Source: an uncultured Candidatus Saccharibacteria bacterium (lineage in GTDB: Bacteria > Patescibacteriota > Doudnabacteria > UBA920). Taken from it: a DNA stretch of 64,000 bases. The stretch spans positions 68,019-132,018 of the forward strand of contig CAZQZS010000002.1 of the NCBI GenBank assembly GCA_964597895.1, read 5' to 3'. Positions 38,233-49,171 of the stretch are shown piece by piece; position 1 is the stretch's first letter, and every line of letters starts with the position of its first letter. A program made the translations under genes and the position numbers. The notes below the pieces were generated by a model. The model saw only the letters and a list, made by a program, of their open reading frames with translations. It had not been told where the DNA came from and did not search any database.

Positions 38233-38678
38233 TGCGCATAGTTATTGATACCAACGTGATTATTGACGGGATCAAAGACGAGTACTCATACGAGAAGCAA
38301 ATCTTAGATGCTGTAATCAACGGAGAGATTGAAGCCTATGCAAACCACGCTACAATCAGCGAAAACCGCCTAATCACTTCCCGTCTAGTTGCAGACGAGT
38401 CTTATAAACGAGAAGTTAGCCTCCTCTTAACTCAAATTAATCTAGTACGGAATAAGCATCAGCTTCATATTGTGAGCGATCCGGAGGATAATAAAATCCT
38501 GGAGAGTGCGGTAGAGGCAAAAGCCGAGTTTCTAGTTACCCGGGATAATGATTTGCTGTCGCTAGGTAAGTATGAAAACATAGAGATCGTCACCCCTGCA
38601 GAATTTTGGAATCGCTACAAAGATTCTGGTAGTGAACTCTGGAAACAATGGGCCGGGTTTTTCTCAGGAAAAAGTTAG
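38232..38678 (+). CDS. PIN-domain protein (putative toxin/nuclease of the TIGR00305-like PIN family)
   Basis: MRIVIDTNVII...SDPEDNKILESAVEAKAEFLVTRDNDLL.L......IEIVTPAEF matches the conserved acidic residues and layout of stand-alone PIN toxins. Start overlaps the NYN gene stop (ATAATG). Confidence 0.75.
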   Translation: MRIVIDTNVIIDGIKDEYSYEKQILDAVINGEIEAYANHATISENRLITSRLVADESYKREVSLLLTQINLVRNKHQLHIVSDPEDNKILESAVEAKAEFLVTRDNDLLSLGKYENIEIVTPAEFWNRYKDSGSELWKQWAGFFSGKS

Positions 38679-38737
38679 ACAAAATAAAAAGCGAGTGATA
38701 GTACTCGCTATTATAAGCTGAGCTGGTATTAATCTGC

Positions 38738-39010
38738 TCAACGTTCAATTTTTGTGTAAGAAATTACAAAAGCAATGGTCCCGTCCAATTCATAAGTTCC
38801 GCCGACAGCCTCCCCCAACACAAAACTATCAGCTCCATCAGGAACAGTTACATGATCAAAATAAATTTCCTGAGGCTCATCACCTTCACCAGCAGGGAGC
38901 TCAATATGTGTTGGTAACTCAACTAGGAATGCTCTAACCTCTCCATTTTGAAACTCACCATCAATACCGAATTTACCAGGCTCATTCGCTGGAATTAGTC
39001 TCTTCAACAT
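38738..39010 (-). CDS. hypothetical 90-aa protein
   Basis: Minus-strand ORF starting at MLKRLIPANEPGKF, with AGGAGG 7 nt upstream. The 97-aa track version starts inside the SD. No family recognised; not convincingly GroES. Confidence 0.5.
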   Translation of the reverse strand: MLKRLIPANEPGKFGIDGEFQNGEVRAFLVELPTHIELPAGEGDEPQEIYFDHVTVPDGADSFVLGEAVGGTYELDGTIAFVISYTKIER

Positions 39011-39067
39011 AATTTTTCCTCCTAACTTCATACTAAAGGTAGCTTATTATAAAATTTTTACTAAACT

Positions 39068-42001
39068 ATGTCAACTCTCTTCGAAAATTTAAATAAAGAA
39101 CAGCTCGAGGCGGTCACCCATCAGGATGGTCCGCTTTTGATTATCGCTGGTGCAGGAACTGGGAAAACCACAGTAATTACCCGCCGGATAGCTCACATCT
39201 TAGAGCAAGGACTGGCTAAGCCTGAGGAAATTCTAGCTCTTACTTTTACTGATAAAGCAGCGGGGGAAATGGAAGAACGAGTTGATCAATTACTTCCTTT
39301 AGGTAGTTATGATTTATGGATTTCAACATTTCATAGTTTCTGTGAACGAATTTTAAAACAACATGGCCTTCACATTGGCTTGCCAAATGATTTTGAATTG
39401 CTGGACCAAACCCGTCAGTGGATATTTTTGCATAACAACTTTCAAAAGTTCCAGCTGGATTACTATCGGCCGCTAGGTAGTCCTAACAAATTCATTGATG
39501 CTATGCTGGATCATTTTTCTAAGTGCAAAGACGAATTGATTACCCCGGAAGACTACTTAAAATTCGCACAGGAACAGGGCTTAAAGTCTGGAAGCGCTGA
39601 ACTGCCAATCGGTAGTGATGATGATCAGATTTTGGAAACAGTCCGATTGCAAGAAATTGCTGATGCCTACCATACTTACCAACGATTAATGCTAGATAAT
39701 AATTATCTCGACTTTGGTGATTTAATCTTTTATACAATCCAACTATTTCAACGTCGCCCAAATATTCTTAAACATTACCAGAAACAGTTTAAGTTCGTCA
39801 TGGTAGATGAGTTTCAGGATACAAATGTAGCACAGTACGAACTTATCAAGCTGTTGTCTTCTGACGATAATAATCTCGTAGTCGTAGGCGACGACGACCA
39901 ATCTATTTATAAATTCCGCGGCGCATCTGTTTCTAACATCCTGAAGCTCAAAACAGATTATCCCAAACTTCAAGAACTGACCTTAATCGATAACTACAGA
40001 AGCAGCCAACCTATTTTAGATTTGGCCTACAATTTTATTCAAGCTAATAATCCCAACCGCCTTGAGCCTCAACTTGGCATTAATAAGCGCCTAAAAGGCC
40101 ATAACAAGGCCAAGAGCACGATTCAAGTGATAGAAGGCAAGGACCAGAGCGAAGAGCTTAATCTTGTTGTCGACAAAATCTTAAGCTTAAAAGATTCCAA
40201 ACCTGAAAGTACTTGGAATGATTTTGCCATCTTAATTCGTGCCAATAATACCGCATCCGAAATCATTCCCATCCTAGAACAAAAACAGATTCCTTACAGT
40301 TTTGTAGCTAACCGCGGATTATACAAAAAACCATTAATTGCAGATTTAATCAATTATCTAAATCTTCTTGATAATTATCATGAATCCAAAGCTCTGTACC
40401 GGGTGTTAAATTTCCCCAAGTTTAGAATTCCTGCTTTAGAATTAGCGCACATAACTCAATTCAGAACTAAAAAAACTTTGTCACTATACCAAAGCCTGCA
40501 CGAGCCCGAGCTGCTAGCTGAACTTTCTAATGAGTCTAAAAACAAAATTACTGAACTGTTAAAATTATTGGAATCTCATAGCAAGCTTGCAACAGAACAA
40601 TCGGCAGTTGAATTATTTGTTCAACTAGTGTCTGATTTGGAAATATATAAACTGCTAATTGAAGATACATTGGAGAACGCTCAAAACCGAGAACTCTTAG
40701 AACAATTCTTCAAAAAAATCGAAGCCTATACCCAAACCGAAGAGGATAGAACTATGCGGGGATATATTGAATTTCTTAAATTAGAACAAGAAGCAGGCGA
40801 GGAGGGTGCGATTAAGTTTGACCCAAACAGTGGGCCGGAATCACTTAAGCTACTAACCGTGCATAGCGCAAAGGGTTTGGAATTTGAAAATGTCTTTATC
40901 ATTGGTTTGGTTGACCAGCGTTTTCCTTCCCGCAGTCACAAAGATGCCATCGAAATCCCCGAGGCTTTAGTGAAGGATATTTTACCAGAAGGTGATTTCC
41001 ATTTGCAGGAAGAACGGCGCTTATTTTATGTGGCAATTACTCGCGCCAAAACTGCTTTATATTTGTCTTGGGCGCCTGATTACGGCGGGGCTAGGCAAAA
41101 GAAACCCTCTGTGTTTTTATCTGAGACAGGACTGGTGCCCACAGAGACTGCACATAAAGCTACCGGAAAAGTCGTCTTTACCAAACCTAAAGCTAAGGCT
41201 CGCCAGGAAGTTTATAAGCAACTGCCCGATAAATTTTCCTATAGTCAAATTTCTACCTTCCAAAAGTGCCCACTGGAATATAAGTACAGCTATTATTTGC
41301 GCCTACCAACTCGGGGCAGTCATTACTTAAGCTTCGGTTCAACTATCCACGCTGTGCTAGAAAAATATCTCGAAACCTACTCTCAAAAGTTAAGCGCACC
41401 GCAGCAAGATTTATTTGACAACACGATAGAGCCAGAACTGCCGCCAGAAAAACTGCTCACTGAACTTTACGCAACTCATTGGATTGATGACTGGTATAAA
41501 AGCCGAGAACAAAAAGAACAGTACCGTGCGCGTGGCCAAGCCATACTCAAATCTTTCTACCAAGCCACTACCGATAACCCGCCCAAACCTAAGCTAATTG
41601 AGCAGCCATTTACACTCAAACTAGGTGATAAACAGCAGTACCAGTTCAACGGAAAAATTGACCGGGCTGACGAGACGGAACGAGGTTTAATGATTATTGA
41701 TTACAAAACTTCTGAAAAAGCGCCAACAAAAACAGATAAGCAAGGCGTTGACCAATTACGGATCTACCAGCTGGCTGTGGAAGAATTCTTTCAGCAACCA
41801 GTTGCCGGACTCCAGTACTGGTATCTGGTTCCCAACGAAATTGTGGCTGTACCTCTAGCTTCCGCCGAAGACTTAGCCAAACTCAAAGACAGTCTTACAG
41901 AAACCATTGAACAGATCCGAGAAGCTGTAAAATATGACGCTTTTGGAGAACTTCACAAAAAAAGCAAACATCACGACTGCGGTTTCCTAGATTTGCTATA
42001 A
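39068..42001 (+). CDS. UvrD/PcrA-like SF1 helicase fused to a C-terminal Cas4/AddB-like PD-(D/E)xK nuclease domain with Cys residues placed for an Fe-S cluster
   Basis: N-terminus LNKEQLEAVTHQDGPLLIIAGAGTGKTTVITRRIAHIL (motif I), DEFQDTN (II), VVGDDDQSIYKFRGA (III), VHSAKGLEF (VI). C-terminal domain has QKCPLEYKY...IIDYKTSE (DYK nuclease motif)...HDCGFLDLL. Confidence 0.85.
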   Translation: MSTLFENLNKEQLEAVTHQDGPLLIIAGAGTGKTTVITRRIAHILEQGLAKPEEILALTFTDKAAGEMEERVDQLLPLGSYDLWISTFHSFCERILKQHGLHIGLPNDFELLDQTRQWIFLHNNFQKFQLDYYRPLGSPNKFIDAMLDHFSKCKDELITPEDYLKFAQEQGLKSGSAELPIGSDDDQILETVRLQEIADAYHTYQRLMLDNNYLDFGDLIFYTIQLFQRRPNILKHYQKQFKFVMVDEFQDTNVAQYELIKLLSSDDNNLVVVGDDDQSIYKFRGASVSNILKLKTDYPKLQELTLIDNYRSSQPILDLAYNFIQANNPNRLEPQLGINKRLKGHNKAKSTIQVIEGKDQSEELNLVVDKILSLKDSKPESTWNDFAILIRANNTASEIIPILEQKQIPYSFVANRGLYKKPLIADLINYLNLLDNYHESKALYRVLNFPKFRIPALELAHITQFRTKKTLSLYQSLHEPELLAELSNESKNKITELLKLLESHSKLATEQSAVELFVQLVSDLEIYKLLIEDTLENAQNRELLEQFFKKIEAYTQTEEDRTMRGYIEFLKLEQEAGEEGAIKFDPNSGPESLKLLTVHSAKGLEFENVFIIGLVDQRFPSRSHKDAIEIPEALVKDILPEGDFHLQEERRLFYVAITRAKTALYLSWAPDYGGARQKKPSVFLSETGLVPTETAHKATGKVVFTKPKAKARQEVYKQLPDKFSYSQISTFQKCPLEYKYSYYLRLPTRGSHYLSFGSTIHAVLEKYLETYSQKLSAPQQDLFDNTIEPELPPEKLLTELYATHWIDDWYKSREQKEQYRARGQAILKSFYQATTDNPPKPKLIEQPFTLKLGDKQQYQFNGKIDRADETERGLMIIDYKTSEKAPTKTDKQGVDQLRIYQLAVEEFFQQPVAGLQYWYLVPNEIVAVPLASAEDLAKLKDSLTETIEQIREAVKYDAFGELHKKSKHHDCGFLDLL

Positions 42002-42101
42002 TGCTTTAAGATGTAATAGGTTACTAGTAATTAATACTTCGTAGCCACAGGCTCAATCAATACTCTAACTTATTACCGATTACTATTTACTTATTAACTA
42101 T

Positions 42102-42749
42102 ATGATACCTGGATTTGATTTACCGGAACTTATTCGCGCAGTCGGTTACTTAGGCTTGTTTGGCATAGTGTTTGCAGAGACAGGGCTGTTAATTGGCTTT
42201 TTTCTGCCTGGGGACAGCTTGCTGTTTACCGCAGGAATCCTGGCTGGGCAAGGTTATTTAAACATTTGGGTGACAATTATCGTAATGACTGCTGCCGCTA
42301 TTTTGGGAGACAGTGTCGGCTATACTATTGGCCGTCGGTTGGGCCCACGGGTGTTTACCAAGGAAGAATCACTCTTATTTAATAAAAAACATATCGCAAA
42401 GGCGCAAGATTATTTCGAAAAGTATGGTGCTTTCACTATCGTAATTGCCAGATTTGTGCCCATTCTCCGGACCTTTGCTCCAACTATCGCCGGCGTAGGA
42501 AAAATGTCGTACTCTAAATTTCTGTTTTACAATATCACTGGTGGTATTTTTTGGGTTTTGTCCATAACTTTATTGGGGTATTTCTTCGGCCTAAAAATCC
42601 CACATGCGGAAAAATACATTATCCCAGGAATAATTATTATTGTATTCTTGTCTGTACTACCATATATCCGCAAATTTGCGAAGAGTCCAGAAATGCGCGA
42701 ACAAGCCAAGCATTACTTGTCGCGTATGTGGGCCCGGATTAAGCGTTAG
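42102..42749 (+). CDS. DedA-family (SNARE-associated / TVP38) membrane protein
   Basis: GLFGIVFAETGLLIGFFLPGDSLLFTAG is the hallmark DedA motif. About 4 TM segments. Confidence 0.9.
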   Translation: MIPGFDLPELIRAVGYLGLFGIVFAETGLLIGFFLPGDSLLFTAGILAGQGYLNIWVTIIVMTAAAILGDSVGYTIGRRLGPRVFTKEESLLFNKKHIAKAQDYFEKYGAFTIVIARFVPILRTFAPTIAGVGKMSYSKFLFYNITGGIFWVLSITLLGYFFGLKIPHAEKYIIPGIIIIVFLSVLPYIRKFAKSPEMREQAKHYLSRMWARIKR

Positions 42750-42751
42750 CT

Positions 42752-43144
42752 ATGGCTAAAAATGCAAAAAATTACGAAGAGCGGCCGTGGGGAAATTTTC
42801 AAGTATTGGCAGAGCTAGCTGATCAAGGGAGTCACAGAGATGTTATTGTCAAACGCCTTGAAGTTTTGCCTGGCAAACGAATTTCGTACCAACAACACAA
42901 GCTCCGTCACGAACACTGGTTTGCAATATCTGGTCAGGGATTTGCGATAATAAATGATGAAAAGATTTCTTTAAGAGCAGGTGAATCCGTGCAGATTCAC
43001 ATTGGAGACAAGCACCGCATTGATAACCGGACTGGTTCTGAACCTTTGGTCATTATTGAAATCACAACCGGGGAATTTGATGAATACGATAATGAACGAT
43101 TAGAAGATGACTATGACCGTGATTCAAATTGGAGAAATGCATAA
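42752..43144 (+). CDS. cupin-domain protein (mannose-6-phosphate isomerase type II C-terminal-like)
   Basis: 130 aa: EERPWGNFQVL...KRLEVLPGKRISYQQHKLRHEHWF..SG.G.....E.......GESVQI..G..HR..N resembles the small cupin PMI/GMP domain. Confidence 0.55.
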   Translation: MAKNAKNYEERPWGNFQVLAELADQGSHRDVIVKRLEVLPGKRISYQQHKLRHEHWFAISGQGFAIINDEKISLRAGESVQIHIGDKHRIDNRTGSEPLVIIEITTGEFDEYDNERLEDDYDRDSNWRNA

Positions 43145-43182
43145 CTTTGTGTTATAATTAACATATAATCGCTAACCAAACT

Positions 43183-43557
43183 TTGCTACACGGTACTACT
43201 AAAAAATATCTGATACCATTAATTATAGGCAGTTTGGTAGCTTTGACTGGCTTTATTCTAGTTGTCATATACATTGATCCTTACACAAGCGGAAAACTAA
43301 CCCATAGTTATTTTTACATCACCTTATTCTTGTCGGTTGTTGGATCCACTACTGTCATGACTTTACTATTTCGGCAAAAATTCTTCCCTGGAATTTACGC
43401 TGAGCTGTTTAAAGTCAGCTTAAGACAAGCTGTCCTCGTGGCAGCACTACTTACCGGATTGGTATTTTTAGAATCACAAAATATTCTTTACTGGTGGGTA
43501 GGATTAACACTGGCATTATTTTTAATCGCCATAGAGGCATTCTTTTCTACCAATTAA
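43183..43557 (+). CDS. hypothetical polytopic membrane protein (3-4 TM)
   Basis: 124 aa, hydrophobic throughout. The track's 43494 ORF overlaps its end in another frame. Confidence 0.5.
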   Translation: MLHGTTKKYLIPLIIGSLVALTGFILVVIYIDPYTSGKLTHSYFYITLFLSVVGSTTVMTLLFRQKFFPGIYAELFKVSLRQAVLVAALLTGLVFLESQNILYWWVGLTLALFLIAIEAFFSTN

Positions 43558-43562
43558 AACAA

Positions 43563-44939
43563 ATGGCCCAAGATAAAACTTTTTACAACGTGATGCCGGA
43601 AGTTACTGGCGGACACATTGTCAAACCTAAAGTGTCATCGGCACCTGTGCAGACACCACCACTGACCCAGACGCCAATTTCTTTGGCAGATGCACATCCC
43701 AGCAGCGGCCGATCAAAATGGAAACTACTACTGCTCGGCATGATGATTTTGTTGCTGTGCGGGGTTATTGCCTATGGCATAGTATGGTTTTTGAACCAGT
43801 CCAGCCAGGATGTCTTACAAAATAATGACGTTGCCGCGACAGACAACTTACCGTCAGAACTAGCCCCTGAAGTTACTACAGCCCCCGAGTGGCTTACAAA
43901 ATTCTTTGGCAGTGAAACCTGTACTGAACTTCCTCTGTGTGGAGACAAAGCTGATCCTGACCGCGATGGCCTAGACAACTTATCCGAATTTAATGCCGGC
44001 ACTGATCCAAATAATCCGGACTCCGATTCAGACGGTTTAGCGGACGGCGATGAGGTGAATATTTTTAACACTGAACCTTTACTCGCACGGACCTACCGCG
44101 ACGGTACTTACGGAGACTTAGACTTTGCCAAAGGTGGTTATGATATCTCCACTAATCAGCCCTATACTAATGAGCGGCTGTTTGATATTAAATCAAAAAT
44201 TAAACAATTCGGACTACACCAACCAACCTTATCATCCCTGGGGCCATTATCTTATCAGCTCTATGAATTTACAGATCCAAACCAGCCGACACTTCCTGCA
44301 GACTTGGATCTCTCTCCCGAAGCCAAGTTGGATCGGGACAGTCAACGCCAAGCTACCATCAAAAAAGTCGGAGCAGCGCTTCTGAAATACCGTGACGATA
44401 AGAAAGGCTTTCCACCGACAGATGACTTTGTTGTAATGTCTGATATGATTCGCTCTTACAATACCGTTGCAACCAATTATAATGATCCGATAAATATTCA
44501 GCCATACGTTTACGGCTACCAAACTGGCAATGATAATTCAGACTTTACTCTCAGCTACTACAGCGAGACGCAGAATCAACTGATTAAATACACCGCCAAA
44601 ACCGCAGAAGATGAAGCTGCCAAAGAAAATACCAAAGTATACGACGATCAAAGAAAATTAGACCTAGAAAATCTACAACAAGCCCTGTTGGTTTATTCAA
44701 ATACCCAGCTTGATCCTGCAAGCGAAAAACAGTACGTTTTCCCCCCAGCAGAAAACCTCAAGAGCGCCCTAATCCCGCGCTACATAGTCACAATGCCCAC
44801 TGATCCAGTGAGTAAACAGGATTATCTCTACGAAGTAGGGCCAAACTTTGAAAGCTTCACCATCCGTGCAGCTCTGCAAAACCCAGAACCTGGAACCACA
44901 GGCTATCTCTGTAATCAAGTTGAATGTAAAACTTACTAA
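43563..44939 (+). CDS. membrane-anchored, probably extracytoplasmic, hypothetical protein with a cluster of Asp-rich calcium-binding-like (thrombospondin-type-3-like) repeats
   Basis: ATG at 43563 (MAQDKTFYNVMPEV...). TM WKLLLLGMMILLLCGVIAYGIVWF. DPDRDGLDNLSEFNAGTDPNNPDSDSDGLADGDE fits the DxDxDG motif. C-terminal ~300 aa unrecognised. Confidence 0.55.
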   Translation: MAQDKTFYNVMPEVTGGHIVKPKVSSAPVQTPPLTQTPISLADAHPSSGRSKWKLLLLGMMILLLCGVIAYGIVWFLNQSSQDVLQNNDVAATDNLPSELAPEVTTAPEWLTKFFGSETCTELPLCGDKADPDRDGLDNLSEFNAGTDPNNPDSDSDGLADGDEVNIFNTEPLLARTYRDGTYGDLDFAKGGYDISTNQPYTNERLFDIKSKIKQFGLHQPTLSSLGPLSYQLYEFTDPNQPTLPADLDLSPEAKLDRDSQRQATIKKVGAALLKYRDDKKGFPPTDDFVVMSDMIRSYNTVATNYNDPINIQPYVYGYQTGNDNSDFTLSYYSETQNQLIKYTAKTAEDEAAKENTKVYDDQRKLDLENLQQALLVYSNTQLDPASEKQYVFPPAENLKSALIPRYIVTMPTDPVSKQDYLYEVGPNFESFTIRAALQNPEPGTTGYLCNQVECKTY

Positions 44940-44941
44940 CT

Positions 44942-45334
44942 ATGTTCACATTTATAAAGAAACTGCTTGGCAAAGCAGATAATAAAATTATTGCCGCCAA
45001 AGTGACCAAAATAGAAAAGCATCCGAATGCTGACCGCCTCAGAGTGGTCAGTTTGTTTGACGGCACTAATACAATAGAACCGATAGTCTGCGGGGCATTT
45101 AACTTTGCAGAAGGGGATATAGTGGCTCTTGCCTTGCCTGGAGCCACCATTGCCCAAAATATTCATTCCAAGAACCATGAATCATTTGTTTTGGACAAAG
45201 CTACAATCCGGGGCATAGAAAGCCAAGGCATGATCTGCGCAGAATTTGAATTAGGGCTCACCAAAGAACCCGGGGACAAACCAGAAATCATGATATTGCC
45301 AGCAAATACCAAGCTTGGTACAATGGTTGTCTAA
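44942..45334 (+). CDS. stand-alone tRNA-binding-domain protein (Myf/EMAP/CsaA/Trbp111-like OB fold, as at the N-terminus of PheT)
   Basis: 130 aa: KVTKIEKHPNADRLRVVSL.DGTN...IVCGAFNFAEGDIVALALPGA matches the tRNA_bind OB-fold signature of PheT N-termini and Trbp111. Confidence 0.7.
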   Translation: MFTFIKKLLGKADNKIIAAKVTKIEKHPNADRLRVVSLFDGTNTIEPIVCGAFNFAEGDIVALALPGATIAQNIHSKNHESFVLDKATIRGIESQGMICAEFELGLTKEPGDKPEIMILPANTKLGTMVV

Positions 45335-45339
45335 AACTT

Positions 45340-46479
45340 ATGTCTAATTTAACCATTTCCTCAGACGAAGAAAATCGTCTCAAGACTGTATTAGAAAGCC
45401 GAACTGATGCTGAAAGTATGCGCATCAAGCGCTATTTAGATATGCCGGATTTGTCTCGTGCCGAATCAGGACCACTGCGAGAACTGATTAACCGCATTAT
45501 TGCCCTAGACCAATTCAACGGCTTTGATGTCATTCAGATTCCAGAGATCGTTCCAGCCAGCGAAAGCTTTGATTTATTCAATTTTCCAGCAGACCATCCT
45601 GCCCGCAGCAAGAGCGATACCTATTATGTAGACAACGCAAACATTCTCCGCACTCACACTACCGTGATGTGGTACTACTACTTCCTGCAAGATGAAATCA
45701 AGCAAAAGATTGCAGACAACAAACCACTTGGAGTCCTGAGTTACGGAAAAGTTTATCGCAAAGACGAGATTGACCGTCGTCACATGAACATCTTCCATCA
45801 AGTTGATGGTTTATACTTGCACCCAACTTCTGAGCGGACTATTACTCAAAACGACCTTAAAGAAGTGTTAGCGAATGTCGTCAAAGCAGCCTTTGGCCCG
45901 GAGATCAAATACCGGTTTAACGACGACAACTTCCCGTATACGCATTCATCCTTAGAGATGGAAGTGGATAAAGATGGGCAATGGGTAGAAGTGCTTGGTG
46001 CGGGATTGGTTCAACCAGGTGTTCTAGAAAAACTTAATGTTGATCCCAATCAATACAATGGCTGGGCTTTTGGTTTCGGCTTGGAACGTCTAGCCATCAT
46101 TAGCATGGAACTGCCTGACATTCGCTTGCTTTGGAGCCAAGACGAACGCGTTCAAAAGCAACTCAAGCTTGGCCAAAAATTCGTAGAAGTATCCAAGTAC
46201 CCGCCAATCGTTCGTGATATTTCCTTTATCGTAGATAAATCCTTTGAGCCAAATAATTATTTTGATTTAATTCGCGACATCGGCGGTGATTTAGTAGAAG
46301 AAGTCCAACTGCTGGATAAATATGAGAACGCCGAAAAGTTCGGCGCGGACAAAGTTTCTTACACTTACCGGATTACATATCGGTCCACAGAGCGCACCTT
46401 AACCACAGATGAAGTTGATCCGCTTCAGGATGAAGTTTACAAGCAGACCGCGGAACAATTCAACGCAGAATTACGATAA
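45340..46479 (+). CDS. pheS: phenylalanyl-tRNA synthetase alpha-type catalytic subunit fused to a C-terminal FDX-ACB (ferredoxin-fold anticodon-binding) domain
   Basis: Class II core: FNFPADHPARS...YYV (motif 2 region), GWAFGFGLERLAIISMELPDIR (motif 3). C-terminal ~95 aa SKYPPIVRDISFIVDKSF.....DLIRDIGGDLVEEVQLLDKYE...KVSYTYRITYRSTERTLTTDEV match the FDX-ACB pattern (KFPAxRRDLAxVVD...DVY....SLAxRL..Q...RTLT) of PheT C-termini and mitochondrial PheRS. Confidence 0.8.
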   Translation: MSNLTISSDEENRLKTVLESRTDAESMRIKRYLDMPDLSRAESGPLRELINRIIALDQFNGFDVIQIPEIVPASESFDLFNFPADHPARSKSDTYYVDNANILRTHTTVMWYYYFLQDEIKQKIADNKPLGVLSYGKVYRKDEIDRRHMNIFHQVDGLYLHPTSERTITQNDLKEVLANVVKAAFGPEIKYRFNDDNFPYTHSSLEMEVDKDGQWVEVLGAGLVQPGVLEKLNVDPNQYNGWAFGFGLERLAIISMELPDIRLLWSQDERVQKQLKLGQKFVEVSKYPPIVRDISFIVDKSFEPNNYFDLIRDIGGDLVEEVQLLDKYENAEKFGADKVSYTYRITYRSTERTLTTDEVDPLQDEVYKQTAEQFNAELR

Positions 46480-46492
46480 AATAATCAAGCTA

Positions 46493-46520
46493 AAACCCGC
46501 TAAAATAAGCGGGTTTTTCT
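46493..46520 (+). terminator. rho-independent terminator after pheS
   Basis: AAACCCGC-TAAAATAA-GCGGGTTT followed by TTTTCT. Confidence 0.7.
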
Positions 46521-46600
46521 GTGTAAAAGTCTTGGTCAGAGACCAAATATTTTGCTATAATTTAAGTACCTTTTTAGCCAGTAACTTGGCTAATTTTTAG

Positions 46601-48679
<2,079 letters not shown>

Positions 48680-48721
48680 AAACAAGGGTCGCAACGACAT
48701 AATCGCTGCTACCCTTGTACT

Positions 48722-49171
48722 TTATTCACCTATCCAGGAATGGGGGGTTTGATTGGTAATGCTTGCGGTGTGAGGAGTACCTCTGGCTGGCTCAATGAGC
48801 TGGTTGTTTTCATTTTTAGATTTTCGTAGACCCTTAACACCATGCCAAATTTTCTTAGCAATAGCAAACATAGTTAGGCTCAAAATAAGCGACACAAACA
48901 GTATAGAAGGTCCAGGGTGATACCAGGCAGTCACAACTGCAAGATAGATCGCAAAATTGATTAACGCGATCACCAGTACCAAAACCAGGGCACCAAACAA
49001 ACCGAATGCAATGGTGCGTAAAATAGTCCATATAAACCTACTTGCGAAACCTGCCCCATATTCCTCAGGGTCGTGAAGTTCCCATGAGAAGAGAACTACA
49101 ACAAAAATATATATCGCAATCAGGTAAGGGACAGCAGAATTGAGCAAATCGATATAGTAACCGTAATCCAT
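48722..49171 (-). CDS. hypothetical membrane protein (4 TM)
   Basis: Start at MDYGYYIDLL..., with GGAGGA 6 nt upstream on the minus strand. The track's longer 172-aa version reads through the SD. Divergent from the next gene. Confidence 0.5.
   Translation of the reverse strand: MDYGYYIDLLNSAVPYLIAIYIFVVVLFSWELHDPEEYGAGFASRFIWTILRTIAFGLFGALVLVLVIALINFAIYLAVVTAWYHPGPSILFVSLILSLTMFAIAKKIWHGVKGLRKSKNENNQLIEPARGTPHTASITNQTPHSWIGE

Noticed and set aside
38738-39031. GroES (Cpn10) identity for the small minus-strand protein
   Set aside because: Apart from a short VKR-like N-terminal resemblance, the sequence does not follow the GroES mobile-loop or beta-barrel pattern. The longer 97-aa form starts inside its own SD. 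Kept as hypothetical.
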